From Hemiscyllium ocellatum (lineage: Eukaryota), in assembly GCF_020745735.1 (NCBI RefSeq), contig NC_083414.1, positions 60,208,013-60,272,012 of the forward strand: 64,000 nucleotides of DNA, in the 5' to 3' direction. The notes below the pieces were generated by a model. The model was not told where the DNA came from. It searched no databases and worked only from the letters and a program-made list of their open reading frames with translations. Shown here one piece after another: positions 13,066 through 23,190 of the stretch. Position 1 is the stretch's first letter, and each line of letters starts with the position of its first letter. The translations under genes and the position numbers were made by a program.

Positions 13066-13450
13066 TCACTGTAGCATAGCAAGTTGAGAGGTGACCTTAT
13101 GTAGACAATAATTAGGGGTGAGTTTTTAAGGTGAATGGTAGGTGTCTTTTCCCTAGAGTGGGGAATTTCAAGACTAGGGGACACATTTTTCAGGAAACAG
13201 AATAAAGATTTTAAAAAGATTTGAAAAGACATGAAGAGCAATTGTTTTGTGTGTGGCATGAACATTCAGAGGAAATGGTAGATGCTTGTACAGTTACAAA
13301 GTTTCAAAAATATTTATATAAGTACACGAATGAGATATGTTTGGAGGGATATGGGCCAAACACAGGCAGGTACGGCTAGTTTAGCTTGGGATTATGAGTT
13401 GGCATGGACTTGTTGGAGTGAAGGGTCTGTTTTTGTGCTGTATGATTCTG
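13066..13450 (+). mobile_element. CR1/HER1 3' fragment
   Basis: agttgagaggtgaccttat...agactaggggacaca...gaagggtctgtttttgtgctgtatgattct tail. Confidence 0.8.
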
Positions 13451-13541
13451 TAAATTTAGATGGATATATTTTGCAGTAAGTTCTTGTAGCCAGTCAGCAT
13501 GCTGCAAAGATTGTAAACAGGCTAGCACATTAAAAACAATG

Positions 13542-13661
13542 CAGGTAGTCCCCAGTTTGGAAACAGGTTCCACTTCTGAGCCCACTCAGAAGTTGATATG
13601 TGCACAAACATTTGTAAATTGGACTTTTGTAAATCGGACTTTTGTAAATCAGGAGCCCCTG
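13542..13661. mobile_element. Tigger-like MITE
   Basis: CAGGTAGTCCCCAGTTT ... TAAATCAGGAGCCCCTG-TA imperfect TIRs; internal short repeats ggacttttgtaaat. Confidence 0.55.
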
Positions 13662-15157
13662 TATTCAAATTATTAATCATAATAAAGACTATTTTGTTGC
13701 CCAGTAATTTGCCACTCCAGCAATTCCTGTACAAGGACACTCAAATTCCTTATCAAATATCAATACATTCCAGTCTCTTATTATTTAATACATCACCCTG
13801 CGTTTCCATCATGCTTACCAAAGTGTCCAGCCATTTTTCTCCACATTTACCACACATTTGCCTCCTCACATTGCCTGTCCAAAGTATTTTGTAGAGTCTT
13901 ACATGGCCTTCTCACAGCTTACCCGCCTACCTTGCTTTGAATCAATTGAATTTTGGATACACCACACTTGGCTTCCTATCAAATCCATTGATTGGGATTG
14001 CAAGCAGCTGACTTCCAGGCAATGCTCCTCCCTGTAAGGATTGTGCAAGCAAGTGCAGTTGATTTGGAGATCAGCCGTGATCCTGGAGAAAAGCAGAAAG
14101 GCTGAATATTCTATCACTGCTTCAAGTCCTTGTCTTTTGTTCTAAATTTCAGGGGAACCTCTCCCTACAGTTTAACCCCTCAGTTTCAAATTATTGTAGT
14201 TGGATAGTTGACTTTAGTCCTAATTACAAAGGGGAGAATGTAAAAGATGTCATAAAATCATTGCTTCGAAGCATCACATTTAGAATCAAACAGAAATGAG
14301 CCCTGGTCTGCCGTCTGCTGAGAGGGACATGGACTGTACAGCTTTTAAGGATTCGTCAAAAAAACTTGCTGTCTACAAAATGCACTCACGACTGCTGCTC
14401 AAAGGTTCACTGAACTAATAAAGAGCATCAGGTATTGAGTTTACTTCTGAAAACTCTGTATCTTTCTTCTTAAAACTTGGCATGATCTACTTAGCAACGT
14501 TCAGTCAATATAGCTCATAATTAGAATCCACCTGTGGATGAATGCCTTTTTAATAGCATCTGCCACCACAATCATTTTGGCACGTCGGTTTTCTTGAAAG
14601 TTCCAATCTTGGGCTGATCACTTGAAGTACAAATGTGGCACTAACTTAATTAAACAATTGGTGCCTGTTCAGATCACTTTCATTTTGTGAGCACACAGCG
14701 TATTAAAAATCAGAGCAAATCTCAAAGAGATTGATGTCGATAAAATCAAATGTAATGAATTTCAGTTCCTATATTAAAACTCGCTTTCATACTTTGTAAT
14801 TGATTTGCCTTCCCATGAAACAACCGAATCAATATTGCTGATTTCTGAGTCAATGAAATATCTCTGTATGTGGTGTAGCCTTGCTTTCCATGTGTTATTA
14901 AATGCTTTGATGTCCAGAAAGATTACTCTAAATAGGACAAACACATTGTGCTGAACAGCAAGGCGATATCTTCAAATGCATAGGATATCAGGCTTGGATT
15001 CTGAATGAGAGTTGCAGTAAGGTATGAAGGTCTTTCTCCTTCCAGTTCACTGGCTTTCGGAATGTACATGGGGATAGGATAGCTTAAAAATCACACGTTC
15101 TCACAAGTCAATTTAAGAGTGTCTCCTCAGCATAAGTGAAGCTATTGGAACCATTAA

Positions 15158-15378
15158 AAAGTTAAAAATCACACAACACCAGTTTATAGTCCAACAGGTT
15201 TATTTGGAAGCACTAGCTTTCGGAGCACTGCTCCTTCGTCAGTATACACCACAACCATCTGATGAAGGAGCAGTGCTCTGAAAGCTAGTGCTTCCAAATA
15301 AACCTGCCGGACTCTAACGTGGTGTTGTGTGATTTTTAACTTTGTACACCCCAGTCCAACACCGGCACCTCCACATCA
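15158..15378. mobile_element. Foldback Penelope-type element (family C) with two opposed hammerhead motifs
   Basis: Arms 15158-15242 and 15259-15343 are near-perfect inverted repeats; each carries CTGA(T/C)GAAGGAGCAGTGCTC(C/T)GAAAGCTA. Confidence 0.85.
15256..15290 (+). ncRNA. Minimal type-I hammerhead ribozyme (family C)
   Basis: cat-CUGAUGA-A-GGAGC(AGU)GCUCU-GAAA-GC-UA-gug: core boxes present, stem I cau/gug, AGCU palindromic stem III, CUA triplet. Confidence 0.75.
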
Positions 15379-15389
15379 CTGGAGAAATT

Positions 15390-16155
15390 CAAACCCCAAA
15401 GAATGGGGGCAGCAGCTTCAGCAGCGATGGCATCGCAGCCCAATGAAGGAAGAGTGAGCGGTGAGGGAGTTGCCCTGGTATATGCGGTGGCAGCAAGAAC
15501 AGGCAGCTGAGGTCTCTTGGAGAGCGAGCTAAGCCGGGGAGATTGGAGCCCCAGCAGGAAATCATCAAAGACAGTCAAACTTTTAACGTTATTTTTCTAA
15601 TTTATATAAAAAAGGACTTTGATGTTAACTTATTACCTTATTTCTTTATTCTTCTACTTATTCCATAAGGTCTGCAGTACTTAACATAATAAACTTTGTT
15701 TCTTTTACAACTTTGTTCACGAGTCTATTGTACCTGGATACCTGGTGGGCGGCATGGTGACACAGTGGTTAGCACTGCTGCCTCACAGCGCCTGAGACCC
15801 GGGTTCAATTCCCGACTCAGGCGACTCACTGTGTGGAGTTTGCACGTTCTCCCCGTGTCTGCGCGGGTTTCCTCCGGGTGCTCCGGTTTCCTCCCACAGT
15901 CCAAAGATGTGCCGGTCAGGTGAATTGGCCATGCTAAATTGCCCGTAGTGTTAGGTAAGGGGTAAATGTAGGGGTATGGGTGGGTTGCGCTTCGGCGGGT
16001 TGGTGTGGACTTGTTGGGCCGAAGGGCCTGTTTCCACACTGTAAGTAATCTAATCTAATCTTTGTACCTGAGATGGGGCCACATGTGGCAACATTAGACA
16101 CTTTTCACTGTACTCCTGTACTTGAGTTCACGTGACAATAAAATCTAAATCTAAG
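15390..16155 (+). mobile_element. Non-coding retroposon with Rex1-like tail, interrupted by an HE1 SINE
   Basis: tacctggatacc | SINE | tttgtacctgagatgg...cttttcactgtactcctgtacttgagttcacgtgacaataaa; uninterrupted equivalent at ~12240-12310. Confidence 0.6.
15747..16061 (+). mobile_element. HE1-type V-SINE, full length and young
   Basis: tRNA head with A box (tggtgacacagtggtt) and B box (ggttcaattcc); V-domain tgtggagtttgcacgttctccccgtgtctgc..ggtttcctccgggtgctccggtttcctcccacagtccaaagatgtg; CR1-like tail and (taatc)n end. Confidence 0.95.
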
Positions 16156-16359
16156 CCTAAAAAGGTTCGTAGCATTGCTGCAGGATTGAGTGAAATAGGA
16201 TTGATTCTTAAAATGGAAGATCAACTTGACTTGCTTCTGGATGATCAGAGGTGAGCTTGGATACAATAGGATTGGCAATTTGAATATGGGTGTGTAGTTA
16301 TTGGGGAAACTGTCTTTGGGAAATTTGAATGTCTTTCACTTGGCTCCTAATTTTACTTG

Positions 16360-18197
16360 GAGTAAAAAGTGAGGTCTGCAGATGCTGGAGATGAGAGCTG
16401 AAAATGTGTTGCTGGTTAAAGCACAGCAGGTCAGGCAGCATCCAAGGAACAGGAAATTCGACGTTTCGGGCATAAGCCCTTCATCAGGAATGAGGAGAGT
16501 GTGCCAGGCAAGCTAAGATAAAAGGTAGGGAGGAGGGACTTGGGGGAGGGGTGATGGAGATGTGATAGGTGGAAGGAGATCAAGGTGAGGGTGATAGGCT
16601 GGAGTGGGGTGGGGGCGGAGCGATCAGGAAGAAGATTGCAGGTTAGGAAGGCGGTGCTGAGTTTGAGGGAATCGACTGAGACAAGGTGGGGGGGAGGGGA
16701 AATGAGGAAACTGGAGAAATCTGAGTTCATTCCTTGTGGTTGGAGGGTTCCCAGGCGGAAGATGAGGCGCTCTTCCTCCAACCGTCGTGTTGTTATGTTC
16801 TGGCGATGGAGGAGTCCAAGGACTTGCATGTCCTCGGTGGAGTGGGAGGGAGAGTTAAAGTGTTGAGCCACGGGGTGGTTGGGTTGGTTCGTACAGGCGT
16901 CCCAGAGGTGTTCCCTGAAGCGTTCCGCAAGTAGGCTGCCCGTCTCCCCAATATAGAGGAGGCCACATCGGGTGCAGCGGATGCAATAGATGATGTGTGT
17001 GGAGGTGCAGGTGAATTTGTGGCGGATATAGAAGGATCCCTTGGGGCCTTGGAGAGAAGTAAGGGAGGAGGTGTGGGCGCACGTTTTACATTTCCTGCGG
17101 TTGCAGGGGAAGTTGCCGGGAGTGGAGGTTGGGTTGGTGGGGGGTGTGGACCTGACAAGGGAGTCACGAAGGGAGTAGTCTTTGTGGAACGCTGATAGGG
17201 GAGGGGAGGGAAATATATCCTTGGTGATGGGGTCCGTTTGGAGGTGGCGGAAATGACGGCGGATGATACGCTGTATACGGAGGTTGGTGGGGTGGTAGGT
17301 GAGAACCAGTGGGGTTCTGTCGTGGTGGCGGTTGGAGGGGCGGGGCTCAAGGGCGGAGGAGCGGGAAGTGGAGGAGATGCAGTGGAGGGCATCGTCGATC
17401 ACATCTGGGGGGAATCTGCGGTCCTTGAAGAAGGAGGCCATCTGGGCTGTACGGTATTGGAACTGGTCCTCCTGGGAGCAGATGTGGCGGACACGAAGGA
17501 ATTGGGAATATGGGATGGCGTTTTTACAGGGGGCAGGGTGGGAGGAGGTGTAGTCCAGGTAGCTGTGGGAGTCAGTCGGTTTATAGCAGATGTCTGTGTT
17601 GAGTCGGTCGCCCGAGATAGAAATGGAAAGGTCTAGGAAGGGGAGGGAGGAGTCTGAGACAGTCCAGGGGAATTTGAGGTCGGGATGGAAGGTGTTGGTA
17701 AAGTTGATGAACTGTTCAACCTCCTCGTGGGAGCATGAGGCAGCGCCGATACAGTCATCGATGTAGCGGAGGAAAAGGTGGGGGGTGGTGCCAGTGTAGT
17801 TGCGGAAGATGGACTGTTCCACATATCCTATGAAGAGACAGGCATAGCTGGGGCCCATGTGGGTATCCATGGCAACTCCTTTAGTTTGGAGGAAGTGGGA
17901 GGATTGGAAAGAGAAGTTATTCAGGGTGAGGACCAGTTCAGTCAGTCGAAGGAGGGTGTCAGTGGAAGGGTACTGGTTGGTGCGGCAGGAAAGGAAGAAG
18001 CGGAGGGCTTTGAGTCCTTCGTGATGGGGGATGGAGGTGTACAGGGACTGGATGTCCATCGTGAAGATAAGGCGTTGGGGACCAGGGAAGCGAAAATAAT
18101 GGAGAAGGTGGAGGGCGTGGGTGGGGTCCCGAACGTAGGTGGGGAGTTCTTGGACTAATGGGGACAGAACCGTGTCGAGGTACATGGAGATGAGTTT
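16360..18197 (-). mobile_element. Penelope-like retroelement (Neptune-type), 5'-truncated, recent
   Basis: Open RT + GIY-YIG ORF, 3' pseudo-LTR with hammerhead, candidate TSD TTTACTTG at 16352-16359 and 18195-18202. Confidence 0.95.
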
Positions 18198-18212
18198 ACT
18201 TGAGCAGGACAA
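16431..18212 (-). CDS. Penelope-like reverse transcriptase / GIY-YIG endonuclease (N-terminally truncated)
   Basis: FTMDIQSLYTSI, QTKGVAMDTHMGPSYA, LRYIDD, LPFLD, YKPTDSHSYL; linker PCNRRKCKTC; IIYCIRCTRCGLLYIGETG, RFREH, VAQHF, RRLEEERLIFRLGTLQPQGMN. The first ~5 codons are flank, not element. Confidence 0.93.
   Translation of the reverse strand: MSCSSKLISMYLDTVLSPLVQELPTYVRDPTHALHLLHYFRFPGPQRLIFTMDIQSLYTSIPHHEGLKALRFFLSCRTNQYPSTDTLLRLTELVLTLNNFSFQSSHFLQTKGVAMDTHMGPSYACLFIGYVEQSIFRNYTGTTPHLFLRYIDDCIGAASCSHEEVEQFINFTNTFHPDLKFPWTVSDSSLPFLDLSISISGDRLNTDICYKPTDSHSYLDYTSSHPAPCKNAIPYSQFLRVRHICSQEDQFQYRTAQMASFFKDRRFPPDVIDDALHCISSTSRSSALEPRPSNRHHDRTPLVLTYHPTNLRIQRIIRRHFRHLQTDPITKDIFPSPPLSAFHKDYSLRDSLVRSTPPTNPTSTPGNFPCNRRKCKTCAHTSSLTSLQGPKGSFYIRHKFTCTSTHIIYCIRCTRCGLLYIGETGSLLAERFREHLWDACTNQPNHPVAQHFNSPSHSTEDMQVLGLLHRQNITTRRLEEERLIFRLGTLQPQGMNSDFSSFLISPPPHLVSVDSLKLSTAFLTCNLLPDRSAPTPLQPITLTLISFHLSHLHHPSPKSLLPTFYLSLPGTLSSFLMKGLCPKRRISCSLDAA
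16456..16491 (-). ncRNA. Minimal type-I hammerhead ribozyme (family A), intact
   Basis: auuc-CUGAUGA-A-GGGC(UUAU)GCCC-GAAA-CG-UC-gaau: all core nucleotides, 4-bp stem I, ACGU palindrome, GUC cleavage triplet. Confidence 0.9.
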
Positions 18213-18634
18213 GTTTCCCAGAGCTCAGGAAATTTTCAACGGAAGTGGAGATGAGTTTGAGCAGCAGCTCAGGAGAGTATTCCGATTTGTTATTATCCCA
18301 GGTGAATAAAACTTTACAGTCCGCTGTTACTGCTAATGTTGTCTCAGCTCTGATTGGAAAATGCCTGGCAGGGAGACCTTGTTGGGATGCAATGTGCTTT
18401 AATCTTGGAGGATGTTAAATTGACAAGACTAAGACAAAGCTATTGACAGCAGATAGGAGAAAAGCCATCATCCGCCACAGGGTTAATGGTGGAATAGGAT
18501 ATACATAAAAGAGAGGTATATGAGAGAAGTTTACACTTGGGAGAAGGCAAAGGGGACTCATTATTCAGCTGCAGATAAAAAGGATAGGGAAGAATAGGAG
18601 CAGCTCTCTAAAAATGAGACCCGATCAGCCAATT

Positions 18635-19270
18635 AAATAAAACAAGAACCTGCAGACGCTGGAGATCGGAAATGAAAAGGGAAGTGTCGGCTGGGTGGGT
18701 TAGCCATGAAAGCAAGGTTGCAGGGATAGGGTAGGAGGGGTGGGTCTGGGAGGATTGCTGTTTGGAAGGTCAGTGTGGAGTTGATGGGTCAAAGGGCCTG
18801 CTTCCACACTGTAGGGATTCTGCGATTCTATGAAAATAGAAAGCACTGGAGAAACAACAGAAAGGTCTGGCAGCATCCACGGAGAGAAAAACAGAGTTCA
18901 TATTTTGAGCACAGTGTCCCTTTCACAGAACTGAAAGCGGCTGGGAAAGGGTGGGATATATGCTGATGCTTGTGGTGTGGGGGATCAAACAGATGGAGGT
19001 GGTGCCCAGAGAAAGAGAGAGAATAAAAAAAGGAGAAGCAGACAAAGGAATTGCTGATGGTAAGCCGGAGGAGCAATAAGTGCTGTGTGGGTGCTAATGG
19101 GAAGTGCGAGTAGTTAAAAATGGGTTGGCCATGCTGGGAGCAATCCATAGAGAACACCCCGAAGCTGAGGTGTGGGCCTGGTTGCTGCTCTTCAGCATTG
19201 CTTTGAGCTTTGTTGGAGTCCTACAGGTGGCCTCCGGCAGAATTTTGAATTATTTTAAACTGAGTTACTT
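18635..19270 (-). mobile_element. Penelope family B 3' end, interrupted by an HE1 3' fragment (+, ~18690-18830)
   Basis: aacaagaacctgcagacgctgga...aggtctggcagcatccacggagaga..cagagtt matches 21100-21200 and 37536-37640. Insert carries the HE1 tail aagggcctgcttccacactgtagggattct. Confidence 0.7.
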
Positions 19271-19364
19271 CAAACTGGGAGGAGAGAGCTGTTTCTATAT
19301 TTTCCTGTGAAAATACATCTACAGTTGTATTATTAACACAGCACTAAGTTACACTAAACGTGAT

Positions 19365-19870
19365 GTGGAACATCATGTGGGCAAATGCGAGGTGATGCAT
19401 TTTGGAAGATCAAATTGAGGTGCAAATTATACAATAATTAGCAGAACGCTAAAGAGAATAGACTTACAGAGGGATCGGTGGTATAGGTCCAAAGATCACT
19501 GCAGGTGGCAATACAGGCTGGTCAAGAAGGCAGACAGCACATTTACCTTCATTGGCCGGAGCATCAAATATAAAAGTTGGCAAGTCATGTTCCAGCTACG
19601 TAAAACTTTAGTTTGGCCACATTTGGAATATTGTGTGCATTTCGGGTTGCCACGCTACCAGAACAATGTGAATGCTTTGGAGAGGGGGCAGAGAACATAT
19701 ACTAGGATATGGCCTGGTCTGGAGGGTTTTAGTGATGAGGAGAGGTTTGATAAACTGGAATTGTTTTCACTGGAGCGACAGAGGCTGAGGGGCAACCTGA
19801 CAGAGATCGACAAATGTATGAGAAGCAAGGATAGGGTGGACAGTGAGAGGCTTTTTCCCAGGGTAAACTG
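19365..19870 (+). mobile_element. CR1 ORF2 fragment
   Basis: GKCEVMHFG; LVWPHLEYCVHF; LFSLERQRLRGNL. Confidence 0.85.
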
Positions 19871-19964
19871 TGAGTAGAAGTGACAGCTGTGAAATGACCA
19901 CTTAGAAAGCTATGTGAAATTGTTCAAAATCCAAGAAAAGCTACAGGAAGGATACCCCAGGATA

Positions 19965-21045
19965 AAACAAGGAATACAGGGAGAACAAGCCACTTGGATA
20001 CAGAACTGGCTCCAAGGTAGAAGACCTGGGTGCTGATGGAGGGTTGCTTTTCAGACTGGAGGCCTGTGACCAGTGGTGTGCCACAAGAATTGGTGTTGGG
20101 TCCACTGCTTTTTGCCATTTATATTAATGATGGGGATGTGAACATGGAGGTATAGTAAGTTTGCAGATGACACCAAAGTTGGTGTAGTGGACAGCAAAGA
20201 AAGCTACCTCAGAGTACAAGGGGATCTTGATCAGATGGGTCGATGGGCTGAGGAGTGGCGGATAGAGTTTAACTTAGACAAATACGAGGTGCTGTATTTC
20301 GGGAAATCAAATCTGAGCAGGACTTACATACTTAATGAAAAGGTCCTAGGGAGTGAACAAAGAGTTGCTGAGTCCTTGGTTTGCAGGTTCATAGCTCCTT
20401 GAAAGCAGAGTCATAGATGGGATAGTGAAGAAAGTGTTTGGTATGCTTTCCTTTATTGGTCAGAGCATTGAATATAGGAGTTGGGAGGTCATGTTGCGGC
20501 TGTACAGGACATTGTTTAGACCACTTTTGGAATATTGCATGCAATTCTGGTCTCCTTCCTAGTGGAAGGATGTTGTGAAACTTGAAAGGGTTCAGAAACG
20601 ATTTACAAGGATGTTGCCAGGGTTGGAGGTTTTGAGCAAGAGGGAAAGGTTGAACAGGCTAGGGCTGTTTTCTCTGATGCATCAGGAGGCTGAGGGATGA
20701 CCTTGTAGAGGTTTGTAAAATCATTAGGGGCATGGATATGGTAAATAGATAAGATGTTTTACCTGGGGTGGGAGAGTCCAGAATCAGAGGTTTAGGGTGA
20801 GAGGGAAAAGTTTAAAAGGGACCTAAGGGGCATCTTTTTCACACGGGGGTGGTGCATGTACGGAATGAGCAGCCAGAGGAAGTGGTGGAGGCTGATACGA
20901 TTATAACATTTAAAAGGCATCTGGATGGATATAAGATAGGAAGAGTTTAGAGGGATATGGGCCAAGTGCTGACAAATACCTGGTCGGCAGGGACAAGTTG
21001 GACCGAAGGGTCTGTTTCCATGTTGTACGTCTCTAAGACTCTAAG
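19965..21045 (+). mobile_element. CR1/HER1 RT to 3' end
   Basis: gtgaccagtggtgtgccacaa, aagtttgcagatgacaccaaa (KFADDTK), tail ggaccgaagggtctgtttccatgttgta. Confidence 0.9.
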
Positions 21046-21099
21046 TGTGATATTAGACAAAATGTTTGTGCTAACATGATAGACAAAAGTTTTAATGTA

Positions 21100-21790
21100 T
21101 CAAGAACTGAAATTATGGGGAAAACTCAGCTTGTCTGGCAGCATCTGTGGAGAGAATACAAAGTTAATGTTTCTGGTCCTGTGATCCTTCTTCAGTACTG
21201 AGTGTAGCTAGGAATAGGTTGCTGAAGATTGGGTGGGAGAAGAAAGGAGGAGTAAACAGTGGGTAGTGATGGGGCCCAGAGAGAGAGAGAGAGAGAGAGA
21301 ACAGTTGGACAGACAAAGGATGAGGTAATGCCTGGGAGAATCAATAGCTGCTGATGGGCTGACACTGGATTGTGTGTGGTAGCAGCCCATGTGATGGCAA
21401 AGCCTAGTGGATGGGGTTTGAGTAAAAGGCATGGGAAAAAAAAAGATGCTGAGGCTCTAAAATTATTGAACTCAATATTAAGTCCAGAAGGTCGCAGGGT
21501 TCCCAAACGGAAAATAAGGTGTTGTTCTTCTAGCTTGTGCAGTAGCAAGTCTGAGACATAGATATTGGCCAGGGAACAGACTGGTAGGTTGGAATGGCAG
21601 GCAACTGGAAGCTCAGGGTCATTTTTGTGGATGGAATGTAGGTGTTCTGCAAAGTGGTCACCCAGTCTGCGATTCATTTTCCCAGTGTAGAGACTACATT
21701 GTGAGCAGTGAAGACAGTGGACTAGATTGTGAGAAATGCAGGTAAATCACTGTTTCACCTGGAAGGTGTGTTTGGGCCCTTAGATAGAGA
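21100..21790 (-). mobile_element. Penelope family B: GIY-YIG C-terminus and 3' end with hammerhead (21162-21199)
   Basis: ORF 21192-21677 RRLGDHFAEHL...LPVACH...KLEEQHLIFRLGTLRPSGLN; motif agtaCTGAAGAAGGATCACAGGACCAGAAACATTaact. Confidence 0.85.
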
Positions 21791-21849
21791 AACGCCTTTC
21801 GAAGTTTTAATGGTTGATTGTGACTAAAATAGTCCCTATATTTTAAAAA

Positions 21850-22298
21850 AATTCCAAAGAATTGCGTATGCTGGAAATCAGAAACAGAAGCAGAAATTGC
21901 TTGGAAAACTCAGTAGGTCTGGCAACACCTGTGAAGAGTAGGCAAAGTTAACATTTCAGGTCATAGAATCCCTGCAGTGTAGAAACAGGCCAATTTGGCC
22001 CAACAAGTTCACACCAACCCTTTCCCCTACCCTATTGCATTGTGTTTCCCTTGACTAAAAAAACTTAACCTACATATCCCTGAAAACTATAGGCAATTTA
22101 GCACAGACAGTTCACCTAACCTGAACATCTGTGGATTGTAGGAGGAAACCCGAAGCACACTTACACAGCCAAGGGAGAATGTGCATACTCCGCACAGCCA
22201 ATCACTTGAGGCTGGAATCAAACCCGGGTCCCTGGCGCTGTGAAGCAGTAGTGCTAACCATTGAGCCACCTTGTCGTCCAGTGACCCTACTTTAGAAC
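21850..22298 (-). mobile_element. Penelope family B tail whose hammerhead is split by an HE1 SINE
   Basis: gttaacatttcaggtc | SINE | gtccagtgaccctactttagaac rebuilds the family B hammerhead. Confidence 0.7.
21962..22277 (-). mobile_element. HE1-type SINE
   Basis: Reverse complement of HE1: gcagtagtgctaaccattgagccacc head; tagaatccctgcagtgtagaaacaggcc tail. Confidence 0.9.
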
Positions 22299-22894
22299 AT
22301 ATATATTTTAAATTTTTTGTTTTTAGTTAGTTGTTTAAAATCAATCTTTGTTAAAGGAAATAGGTACCAAATTGCATATTTTATTTTTTAGTTAATTCTG
22401 GAGATGTGGACTTCACTAGCAAGCCTGGTATTCATTGATCCAGTCCTGAGTTGCCTTGAGAAAGTGATGGCGGATCTTCTATTTGAACCAGCTTGGCATT
22501 TTAGTGGGATTGAGAAGCTTGCTATGGTGCCAGATGGCAGACTCGTTCATTTTCTGATGGGACATTAGAAAAACAGTTTTCATTTGACAATGTTCCAGGA
22601 TTCATTGCTCTTTTTATTACCTGGTGCCAGCCCGCATATCACACAGTTTACTAAATTCCACTGCACAATTTCCTACTCACAATCTCCAGGTCACAATCTA
22701 CTCGCAAACTCATTAAAATAGCCAATATTCAAAAATATTCATACACTGTCTCTTGGTGAGAGCAATGATTTCAACCCGCTCCCTGCCATGCCAAAATTTC
22801 TGAGCAATAAGATGCAAACATTGTCAAATTTTTCATTTTTTAAAAATCACACAATCGGTCAGTGAGGCTTTTTGGAGACAACTTTAGACTGACT

Positions 22895-23190
22895 GAAGGG
22901 ATAAATCTTTTGGCTAAAGTGTGTCCAGTTTTGTGGAGGGATTTCCACCGTGAGGTCTAGTGAGTTTTCATGTCATATCTTACCAAACCCACCTCATTAA
23001 CTACCTACCCTTCCCCTCTGGCATCCCCCATATACAGTTCTAGTTCTATCTTTCCAAGTACTGTTCCTAGAACAACTCGCCACTCTCTGGATATCTGCCA
23101 ACAGACCAGCATTCCTTGTGCCTGCACCATTTTTAAAATGGCCACTATACTCCTGAAGAAACACTGCCCATTCTGAAGGTGCCATCCTCA
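22895..23190 (+). mobile_element. Harbinger-type subterminal fragment
   Basis: tttccaccgtgaggtctag..gttttca..tcatatcttaccaaa..cacctcattaac is homologous to 38090-38180 (+) and 37240-37348 (-). Confidence 0.5.

Noticed and set aside
15747-15830. tRNA gene
   Set aside because: tRNA-derived SINE head continuing into the V-domain, repeated many times in the window; not a tRNA gene.
16585-18158. Several overlapping ORFs (up to 199 aa) on both strands
   Set aside because: Shadow frames of the GC-skewed Penelope ORF; no domain motifs.
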